Below the pieces are notes generated by a model. That model saw nothing but the letters and a program-made list of their open reading frames with translations. It was not told where the DNA came from and made no database searches. 64,000 nt of DNA from Thalia democratica (taxonomy: Eukaryota). This document shows positions 15,901-26,400 of the stretch, piece by piece. The stretch lies in contig OZ241828.1 of NCBI GenBank assembly GCA_965202585.1, forward strand, positions 54,870,001 through 54,934,000, read 5' to 3'. How positions within the stretch are numbered: position 1 is the first letter of the stretch; every line of letters starts with the position of its first letter. The position numbers and the translations under genes are program-made.

Positions 15901-18462
15901 AAAGTTGCTTGAAAATTTGCTTTTATATATTAAAATTACAAAGAAACAAATTTCTAGTTGTAGTTGTCAAAGATAAAAGACAAATGATTGATGTAGCCAA
16001 TAGAAAAGAACTAAAAGTAGAGCTTTTTAAATTAAAACATTAAACATAGCATATTTAAAAAGTGTCATAAAGACTTTATACAAAAATCCTGTAGTTTTTT
16101 TTTAAACAAAAACTAATTTGTTTAAAACATGTTGTTTTTTTAAACTTAAATACATTTCTAATTGACCACAGTCTTGCGTTTTTATTTTATTTGTGGTTAA
16201 AATTTACAATTTAATGATAAATATGTGAACAAAATGTTCTTTAGCATAGTTAAGAATTTTTTCGTGCATGACAAATGTACATGTTGATCAATTATACATG
16301 AATTTTTCAGATGTTAGAAAAGGCAATTTTATTTTTCTCCTTACAAAATAGGTTTTAATGATTTATTTAAAAGCTTTGATCCGTTCTGTTGTTTGTCAGA
16401 TATCTGTTTTTATACTTGTTTTGTTTTCGATCTGTTATTGATTTGTTTCTTACACATTTTAAAGTATTTATAAATTTTTGAATATTTTAATTTCATCATG
16501 TTATTGTAAAAAGTTACTCCTGAAAAAAGTTAATGTCTCTAAGTCAATCTCAAATTTATTTTCATTAATAATCAAAAAAATGTAGTAATTTGTTTAGTAA
16601 AAGAAAAAAAAAAGATGTGTGTAATAGCGTTATAAACCTGAAAAGTTTCATCTAAAAATCAATATTGAAATTATATTTTCTTATAACTTCGACTAAAAAT
16701 GTTTGTTGAAAATATGTCAAATTTGAAACGTTAAAAAATGTATTTTGTAAGTGATAACTTTATTAGTTTTAAATTTAAAAAGCTTAAGCTTGACGTTATT
16801 TTCTGAACTATAAAAGCTTTATTGGAATGTATTTTAAACGAAGTCTATTTACGGTAATGTATGCTAAACATAGTTACCATCTCTATTCTTTTGTATCAAA
16901 CTACTGCTTTATATCAAACTTTAATAACACAATAAGTATCTTTTTTATAGTTTAAAAAAAAAAGCTTTTAAAATATTTCAATTGTTATTTAAGTCCACTT
17001 CAAAACTTTTTTTTTATAATTTGCAGTTTTTATAAAATTAAAGTTGTAATGCGTCCGACTGTTAGTAAGTGACGCGGTAAACAAACTAAAATGTTTACAA
17101 AGTTCACCAAATTTCCGTCAGGAAATAATTCACAACAAATTGCGCTACATTTATTAAAACACTTTAACTATTCTATTGTAAATATTAGCTTTTTTATAAA
17201 TGTTTTTATTTAGTTTTCAAAGTTTAAACTTTTATTGACTTCGTTAAACTGCATAAGCTATTTTGCAAACAAGTTATTCAGTCTGCATAAAATTTACAGA
17301 CTGAATAGTTATTTTTAATTATTCACGGGCCATACGTCAAAATAGCTCTAGTATTAATGTATAAATAGTATATTTTTGATATATACTTTACCTATTTAAG
17401 CGTTGAAAACCTTTGTTTTTTACTTTAGATAATAAAAAGTTTAAGTTTAGGAGGAAAATGTATTTAATAACTGTTTATCACAATCTATTTTTTTCCAAAA
17501 AACGAATGCAAGTCAGAGATTTGATCTAAACACTTAAAATTTTACAATATACTGAGAGATTGCTTTGTTTTGCAAAAAAAAAACTAAATCAACATATTAT
17601 CTAGTTTTTTATGCAAACTATTTCAAAATTGCGAAACGTTTTACGCTATTTGTTGTTCGAAGCACTATTTGTTTTTACGTAAGGCGTGTACAAATAAAGC
17701 ACCTTTATTATGAAAATGTTTAAAATATTTTATACAAACATACTTTCACTTTTGAAAAATGATTGAACACATGTTCAGCTAGAGTAGTACATTAGTTTTG
17801 CCTAATAGCTGAGAAGCTTTTGAAATAATATATTATGCAGCTTTTAGTTATAATAATATTCAAACTTTTGTTTTTTTTTGTGTAAGTTTTAACTTTCTTT
17901 TGTTAGTTAAAACTAAGCAGTTATTTAATTGTTTAAAACTATTATTAGTTATTTCTCGTTTTTTTTTCGCTAATTTTTTATAACTTGCTTGTTAAAGATA
18001 GAAAAGAGTCAGCACGGCTTACAAGGAAGATTAAAATACAGCTTCAGCAAGTGTTTTTTTAAACTATACGATTCTATACTAGTTTAACTAAATGAAATGA
18101 ATAATTTGTAATTACGTATTTAATGAAAATAGTTTTAAAACTTAAAACTTACGTAGTCTTTGAATTTTATTATAAAAAAAGAAACAAAACTTTTTTTTAT
18201 GTTAATTTATTTGAAGTTTTTTCACATAATGAATGTTTAAATCTTTTATAGATTTTATATAGTACAAATTTAACTAGATTGAAAAATTATTTCTAAACAA
18301 CAAAAATTTTAAAAATAATTATCTTTAAAACTTATTTAATATATCTTCAAGTATATTTAAACTGTGAAGTATTTCTAAAAGGCATTGAATAATCTTTAGA
18401 GGTTATAATATATACAAAATGCAAAATCTTATTTTTTGTTGTTGGTAGTATTAAGCTTGTGT

Positions 18463-18648
18463 ATATTAGATTGAAAATTAGCCATTTGAAGTACTGTAAC
18501 AGCAAAGTATCATGTAAATCTGTTTTTAAGCTATTAATCACAAGTTTTATAAATTAATTTTATTAATTAATTTAAGTTATTAGAAGCTTAAAAACAGATT
18601 TACATAATACTTTTAGTACTTCAAATTGCTAATGTTGCAATCTAATAT
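18463..18648. repeat. Inverted repeat, ~65-bp arms
   Basis: ATTTGAAGTACT...TGTAAATCTGTTTTTAAGCT versus AGCTTAAAAACAGATTTACA...AGTACTTCAAAT. Confidence 0.7.
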
Positions 18649-18836
18649 CGTCTTACTTACATTTATGTAAATTTTAATTAAAAATAATTTTTAAATATCT
18701 TTAATCGTGAATTAATTTTAATTAATTTAGTTGTATATAAAGTTGCTAGATTTGCAATTGAAAATAAATTTAAAACAAATATATGTTTATTATATTATAC
18801 TTTCGTTGTGAACGGTTGTTTTTCGGTTGTGATTGT

Positions 18837-18879
18837 GACTGACTGATGAGTCCTAATGAGGACGAAACCGGTCTCAGTC
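18837..18879 (+). ncRNA. Minimal type I hammerhead ribozyme (Penelope-type)
   Basis: GACTGA-CTGATGA-GTCC-TAATGA-GGAC-GAAA-CCG-GTC-TCAGTC. Stem I GACTGA/TCAGTC, intact core, stem II GTCC/GGAC, stem III is the palindrome ACCGGT, GUC cleavage site after 18873. Outer helix TCGGT (18823-27) / ACCGA (18881-85). Confidence 0.88.
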
Positions 18880-18982
18880 TACCGAGGCTTGTGGTCTGAT
18901 GATCAAATTGGTGTGATCAACCCATTTACATTGATAATGTAGCAGACTATCACATAGATAGACTGTCGACTTAGAATAATTT

Positions 18983-19521
18983 TTTTTTAGTATTGAATAC
19001 ATAAGTCTACTATAGTTTTTACCTATATAAAAAACAATCAATGTTTTTTTAATAAAAGTTTTAATATAATTTCATTGAAACTCATCAGAAACTTACTGCA
19101 GACATTAGAAGTAAAACAATAGTTTTTTAATTAAAAGCAATAAACTTTAGAAAACTACTTAAGTAATTAGATTGCTGTAAAAAATCAATCAACAAAAATT
19201 AACGCCAGAAATAAATGAGTGTATTTGTTTGTGTTAAACGTTTTGTTTCGTTTCGTAGTCTAAAACATTTATTTTTTGCATTAATTACTATTTTACATTA
19301 ATTGATTTTTGTTGATTGGTTTTTTTAAAGCACTCTAATTAACTAAGCAGTTGTCTAAAGTTTGTTGTTTTTAGTTAAAAAGCTTTTGTTTTATTTCTAA
19401 TGTCTGCAGTAACTTTTTGATGAGTTGCAATGAAAGTATTTTAAAACTTTTATTGAAAAACATTGTTTGTTATTTAAATAGGTAAAAAATATAGTTGACT
19501 TATGTATTCAATATTAAAAAA
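18983..19521. repeat. Foldback / MITE-like inverted repeat, ~220-bp arms, ~100-bp spacer
   Basis: TATTGAATACATAAGTC...CTCATCAGAAACTTACTGCAGACATTAGAA...AATCAACAAAAAT is mirrored at 19301-19521 with scattered mismatches. Confidence 0.8.
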
Positions 19522-20089
19522 GATTTGTTCTAAGTCAACAGTGCATCATTGTGATAGTTTGCTACCTTATCAATGTAAATTAAACAAGATTATACTTTTG
19601 AATTATTTTGTGAAACAATTTTTGGATAAGTTTATTTGTCCAAAATAGCTAATTGAAAAAAAAAAAAACGTTATTTTTCAAACCTTAAAATTGTTATACA
19701 AACGAGCACGTTAGGTAGTAAATTTACATTTACATTAATATTTCTTAAAAAATTATTGAAGTGTTTACTAAACTTCTATTTTTTGTTTTCTTTCAAAAAT
19801 TAAAAAGGTTAAAATTTACACTTTTATATTTTTTATAGCAGGTAGGTTTTTTTGTATTGGTTATAAATATTTAAGAGTTAATTTAAAACAAACATTTTTT
19901 AGAAAATTAAACCAGTAACAGTTATTAAGAAGTTCAAATTTTTCAGTTTGCATTTTCATGGTTATTTTAAGTAGTTTTAAATGTAGTTTTTGAGAATAAG
20001 ATTTTTTTTCAACTGTTTTTACGCAGTGTTAGAGATACTAAACTTTACTACACGACGAATAACAGCAGCATTCAATAAAACTAAATAAT

Positions 20090-20116
20090 GGTTTTGTCCT
20101 AATTAGGACTCATCAG
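20090..20116 (-). pseudogene. Degenerate hammerhead of the 18837 family
   Basis: Minus strand CTGATGAGTCCTAATTAGGACAAAACC. Stem-loop II matches the 18850 copy at 13/14 nt, but GAAA is changed to AAAA and stems III/I are lost. Confidence 0.65.
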
Positions 20117-20419
20117 GCAGGATGTCTCGGATGCTAATGTTGTTGGTAATGTGGTGAAGTTATGTGTTTGTTGTTGATAGCGCAAAACATCTTAGCTTTG
20201 TTGATGATGATCGAAAAAAATACTGGTTGAAAGTGCAATGTCTTGAAACGTATTAAATTTTGTGTTTATATTTTTTATTATCTTTAAGTAAGATATTAAA
20301 AACTTTCAAATTTAATGTTTAGAACTATTGTTTTTCTCTTACAAACGTGTTTATCAATAAACATTTTAAAATATTCAGTCAGAATATGTTATCATAGGAA
20401 TTATATTACAAGAATAAAT

Positions 20420-20711
20420 CAGGGGTAGCCATGCATTGGTGGTCGCAAGCCAAAATTAAAAAAAAAACTCGCGGGCTGCAAAAAAAACAGACCAAAAATT
20501 TCTACTATGAGTTTCGGATATCCCGTAAACTGTACGTAAAACTTTTTATTTTTAATCCTTAATTCAAACCCCAGATTATCTAGTCTATGTTACATGCTTT
20601 TCTTTCACGGGCTGCAGTTTTAATTTTGATAGGCTGCATCCTCATAATAAAAAAAAATATACTTTTGGGCCACACTTTTACTCTTAACAGGTCGTAGTTT
20701 GCCAACCCCTG
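20420..20711. mobile_element. Non-autonomous hAT (Charlie-type) element
   Basis: TIRs CAGGGGTAGCCA / TGCCAACCCCTG (10/12); internal GCGGGCTGCA motifs; flanking 8-mers GAATAAAT / GTCTAAAT (6/8). Confidence 0.7.
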
Positions 20712-20947
20712 GTCTAAATGATAGCACAATAAGGTAAATTTTGAAAAACTTTGTACTTATGAGCATTACTTTATTTAAAAAAATCCAATTAAAATAAGCC
20801 ATTTTATTCAATATCCTGTAGTATTGGTGAATATAAAGGCCATTCAAGTTAGTAAAACTCTAGAGTTGTGAAATATGTTATGAACTTGGTGGTGCAGATT
20901 AAATATTTATCATTTACATATTAATTTAATACCTCGTCTTTAAAAAA

Positions 20948-21005
20948 ATGGATACTCCTGATAGAGAGACAATTGCTAGTTCATGCTTATTAGGTGAAAA
21001 CACAG
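20948..21005 (+). CDS. Candidate upstream first coding exon of the P5B-ATPase (MDTPDRETIASSCLLGENT)
   Basis: ATG-initiated 19 codons +1 nt ending at CAG|GTACTT (phase 1). Splicing to the TTTTAG acceptor at 23407 is in frame (D-K-T-K-M) with the ATG at 23418. Confidence 0.45.
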
Positions 21006-21228
21006 GTACTTTTTCTACTAAATTTTGTGACACTATTAACTAATATATAATTAGTGGATATATATATTATAGTTTATGATATAAAAACTTAATTTTTAGT
21101 AAATTAAGACAAAGGAAAATTTTTGTTTATAGATTCACTTAAGTCTGTAAATTTATTAGTGTTTTTCGTCATCATATCAATCTAAATTTAACTGAGTTTT
21201 GCCAGCTTTCTGAGATAATTTTATTTAT

Positions 21229-21891
21229 GGGCATATGGGGGTCCACCTTGATTTTTACAAGTTTATCTTATTATAAAGAGTTTTATCTGAGCTATCAGAC
21301 ATTTTTAACAGCTTAAAAAAATTCAAATTAATTTTTGAGATATAAGCAATCAAAGTTGGTTACCTCAATAGGTTCCTAATAAATGGCTCAAACTAAAAAC
21401 GCAAAAAAAAAGACTATTTTATTTTAAATATATCTTCGCCTACATTTTTAAACCAATTTTCCTTAAATTTTCTCAGAAAGTCCATTATTAAGTTTAAAAA
21501 AGGATAGAACAAAAAATACTTTTTTTAATTTTGAAAAATAAATTAAAAAAATATATCACATACTTTTTAATTTTTTTATCAAAATTTTATATTTTTTAAT
21601 AATTTTATATTCACAACATTCAAAGTCTTTTAAACTATAAAAAACATTTCATGAAAGTTTGAGGTCTCTAGCTCAAAATATGAAGAAGATAAAATTTTAG
21701 TAACTTTTTAAATTTCCAAGAAAATGGCCTCAAAAAATTTGCTGTTTATACGTTGGTATATATAACAATATCTCTAAAGTTAAATATTTTTTAAATTCTA
21801 TCAAAACTGACTTGTAGTTTGTACTTAAAGCTTTCATGTAAGAGCCAATGTTATTTTTAGTTAAAAAGGAATGTTAAATTCCCCTATGCCC
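21229..21891. mobile_element. Longer non-autonomous element with the same termini as the 23602 MITE
   Basis: Left GGGCATATGGGGG, right CCCCTATGCCC|TTAA. Terminus-like fragments also occur near 22238 and 22866. Confidence 0.55.
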
Positions 21892-23417
21892 TTAAATAAT
21901 TATTTTGATGTTAGAATTGTAATTTTTTATATTCTTCATATTTCTTTTTTTTTTTTGTAATTTTTCAAACCATTTTAATAAAAAAATTAATAGCTAAACT
22001 GATAAAGCTTGAGAAAAATTGCTTGAAAGCTGTAGGTAAAGAAAGATTTTCTATGAAATAGTCTTTTTTTGTCTTTTATTATTTGCTTTTCTGTTAGGAG
22101 CTTAACTAATTCTCCAGCTTTGTACCCTCAAAAACTAATTTAGTTTGAAAGAAATATAAAAAAATTATCTACCTAAGTTAAATATATTAATTTATAATAA
22201 AATAGAAAAAAAGATTAACTTGCAAAAATTTCTTTGACCCCTATGACCTCAAAAAATCATAAAAACCAAAAGTATTCTAATAAATTTATTAAAAGATAAA
22301 CATAATTTTTACAATGAAATTTTATTATAAAAAAATATTAAAACAAATATCTCATTGTATATCTTGAAAGTTTTCAACATAGATCTATTGTTTTTACTTT
22401 TTCCAAATATAAAAATTTAACCAGCACACAATTGTGTTATTGTTTTTTAACGAAAAAAAAAAAACGCTCAAAAAGTAGTTTTTATTTATTATTTACTTAT
22501 AATCATAAATATGATTTATATTTATTTCAAAATTTTGTTAGTGTTTCCTTGGGCTACATTCTAAGGCTACAATTTTGATAGCTAACACAATTCTAAAATT
22601 TGATATAATTTTTGATAAACTTATCTTCTTTGTATAAACAAGTAAAATTTTGAAGGCTTTTCAATGTTTAAATTTAGTGATGTTATATTGTTCTAGTTTA
22701 TTGTTTTAATTTATGTATTTTTAAATTTATAAATGTTTGAACTTGACTTTTGTATAGTATGTATAATGACATTTAAATATGTAAGGTAATACCGTTTGAC
22801 TTCTAGCTCAAACAATTCTTTATGAAAATAGACTGAGAGTTTGTAGGCATGTAGCTCTATGTTTAAAGCCATATGGGGTCCAATATTTTTTTTTACACAA
22901 ATTAACATTAGACCTAATAAACTAATAGCTATAAGATACTTTTCACAGAATAGAAAAATATCAAATAACTTTTGAGATATTGTCAGTTGTGTAAAATTTT
23001 CTGATACATTTTTTACAAATGTATTGAGGATAAGTTTATTATTGTTGATTTTATCAGAATTTTGCAAAAAACAGCTAAAAATCTATCTTCTCCTCCATCA
23101 TATTTTATTTCATTTTAAATTATATGTAGTAACTTATCAATTTGAAATGACAGTAGTATGAAAACTTGTAACCTAGGAAATGTGACCTAATCAGACATCA
23201 ATAGAAATATTACTTTTATATGTTTTTTTATCATTTCAGTTAATATTTTAAATTTTATATTATTTCACTAGTCTCTTTGATTTAGTTAGGGATAATATAT
23301 TTGTATTTTAATAGTGTTTTTAAATATTTTTATTTAACTATAACCACTCTACTTAATGTTTTTATTTATATTTGATTGAAATTAAAAATTGTTTTTTAAC
23401 TTTTAGACAAAACAAAA

Positions 23418-26400
23418 ATGAAAGGAAATTTAGCTTATTGCATAATAAATGAAGGAAAAGAAAATGAAACCTTGTGTACTGCATATAAGTCAAAGCTGTG
23501 GAAGAAAGTTCTCTGTTTTTTGTTTACAGTAAGTGTTTTAGTTTTTAATTGCTAGTATTTGAATGGCTTATTTGTATAGTGAAGTATCTAAAAATACTTA
23601 AGGGCATAGGGGGGGTAAACACCCCCTTTTTTGGTTTTTGATCTTATTTTATATAGTTTTTACTAAGCTACAAGATGCTTTTTAAAAGATTGCTAAAAGC
23701 ATCTTGTAGCTTAGTAAAAACTATATAAAATAAAATCAAAAACCAAAAAAGGGTGTTTACCCCCCTATGCCCTTAAAAATATTATTTTGTAAAAGTTTAC
23801 TCCATTTTATTTATTAAAAAAAAAGAAATTCTCTTATTTTAATACCTAATGTGTTGCTATAATTTACTTTTATTAAAAGTAAACTAAATTAAATGTGAGT
23901 AGAAAATAATTACTTTTGTTACTTTTATCCTCAACTAAATAAGTAAATTATTAAAAGTGTTTGATTAAAAGTTTTTCAAATTATAATTTTTACAGATACT
24001 AACTGGTGGATTAGGTGGTCTAGTTTTTTATTGGAAGCCAGACTGGTGGTTGAAGTGTTCCCATGACAAATCAACTTTCAATAATTCTGATTATGTTCTG
24101 CTAGAAACTGTAAAAGAAGTCTCAAGAAATAAAGAGGTCGTTACTTGTTTTTAGTTTAACTTGTGAATGAAAAAAGTGCTAACATTTATATGAACGGTAT
24201 TAATGGTTGATTAAATAACCAATTCTTTAAACTAAGTAATTTGAGACGTAAATGAACTATGAAGATTTAACATAATCATGAATGAACTATTGATAAAAGG
24301 TTATACTAAAGCTAGCATTTAGTAAAATAAATAAATTCTATGGAATACCTTGTTTATAGTTAAATTTTTAAGGGAAAAACTTAACAAATAAGTTTAAATT
24401 AAAAATAAAATCAATTATGATATAAGAAAATTATTTATTTATGTTTTTTTTATTTAAACTTGTATTTATACTTTGAAAACCATGTAAGACGATTGAAATA
24501 TGTAATTTTCATATTAGAATAATTTTTTAAAATTATAACTAAGTTCATTAAAAGGGATCTAAGAATATTTTACAAAATTTTAAATTTAGTCTTAGTTAAA
24601 GGTCAAATTATGAATTACAAGATTCATTTTGTTGAACACATCTTCCTTACTTGTGTGATTTATTCGTTAAAAAAAATTTGATACAGCAGATAAAAAATTA
24701 TTCCAACTAAAAAAAAATACATAAAGTACATATCCTCCTAGGTTTTTTAATCTATTAAAATCAATTTTTTAAGAAACATTCCTTGTAATATAAAGAAAAG
24801 TGTATTGTAGTGTTTTTCAAAAAAAGTATTATTTTAAAAATTGTTAAAAAAAGGTAACTTATTTGGTTTAAAAGCTATAAATTTACTAAAAATAAAAGAT
24901 AGTTGTTAAAGGGACCTGTTTACTTTTTGAAAAGTGTTATATTGAGAAAGTTTTATAAAGATTTCTCAAAAATTGTAGAAGATTTATTTTTAACTTTGTA
25001 GTCTTTTTTTTGTATTAATTTGCTAATTCTGTAAGATACCTAAATAGCTCTTCAAGTTTTAATCCGTTAATCTTTAAAGTAATTTTGAGGTTAAAAAGTG
25101 GTAAAAATTGTTTGGTATAAATCTGCAAATTTAGAAGAAGTTGAAAATAAACTTTCTTACATCCTAAACAGTTGTTGTTTTGATTGATAATTTACTTAAC
25201 CACTGACATTAAAATGTAATTTGATCAAGTTAGACTATTTAGTGCTTAAATGCAATTGCTAAACAACCTAAGTTATCAGAAGGTATAAAATAGTATGTGT
25301 TAACCTATATATTTTATCTTTTTGATAATCAAGTTTTTCCTCGTGTTTGAAATAAGTCAAATTATAACTTTTGTGTAATTATCAGTTTAAGCTTGTTTGA
25401 AATTAAGCTTGAGATGTCACTAAACATTTGTATTAAATGCATATGATTTTGAAACTAAATATTTAAAGTTGTTATTTATTTTGAGCAATGTTTTTTTAAG
25501 ACAAATGATTATTACAATTATTAAACTTTAGAATGTGAATAAAAGAAAGACATATAGTGGTTAATATTTTATGTAAATTTTTATTTGTATTTTGACTTTT
25601 ATGTAAAAAATATCAATCTGTTTTTGGTGTTAAAGTTTTTTGTAATTTTATCAGGTGTATGAGTTTCTTTCGTTAGCAAAGCTCGAAAAGATTAAACAAG
25701 AAAAATCATCGGATAACAATAGTTCAACAAGGTTGTTTGCTTTTTTAGTTTTATTATTCATTTATTAAATATATATATTTAACTTATTTCTTTTATTCAA
25801 CTTGGTTTTAATCAAGTAAAAGCTGTTTTCAACATTTTAATTACTTTAATTCAAGAAAATATAATATATAATGAGTTAAACTACATAAAACTGTTATAAG
25901 TGTTAGTTAAAAAAAGATGTTGTTTAAGGATAGTCATTTTTGTATAGATGTAAAAAGAGCAAATATTTTTAAAAACTTCTTTTAAATTTTGCAGGTATGA
26001 AACATATTTTTCTTCCAACAATGCAATAGAGATGTATTTCAAATACCAAAACTTATACTTTGTGTGGAATGCTGTCAAATCAGTAAGACATTTAGATAAT
26101 TAAATTAAATTAAATGTATAACATGCTGTAAAATGTGCAATTTGGTAACTATTTTATGCTTAGGTTTATCAAATAAATTTATATAGTTCAATTATTGACC
26201 ATTAATGAAATTTTTCTGTTTTAAATGATTAGGTATTTTGTAATATTTGTCAAAAAACTGTTCTCAATCAGTTGAGAAAATTTGAAATTGTCAAATTTTA
26301 ATTAGTTTGTTTGAAATAGCTTTACCTAAAAAATGTTTAAATTAAAATATGAAATCGTTCATAATTTATTACTTGTCTATGTTTAGTTGACTTAGTTGAT

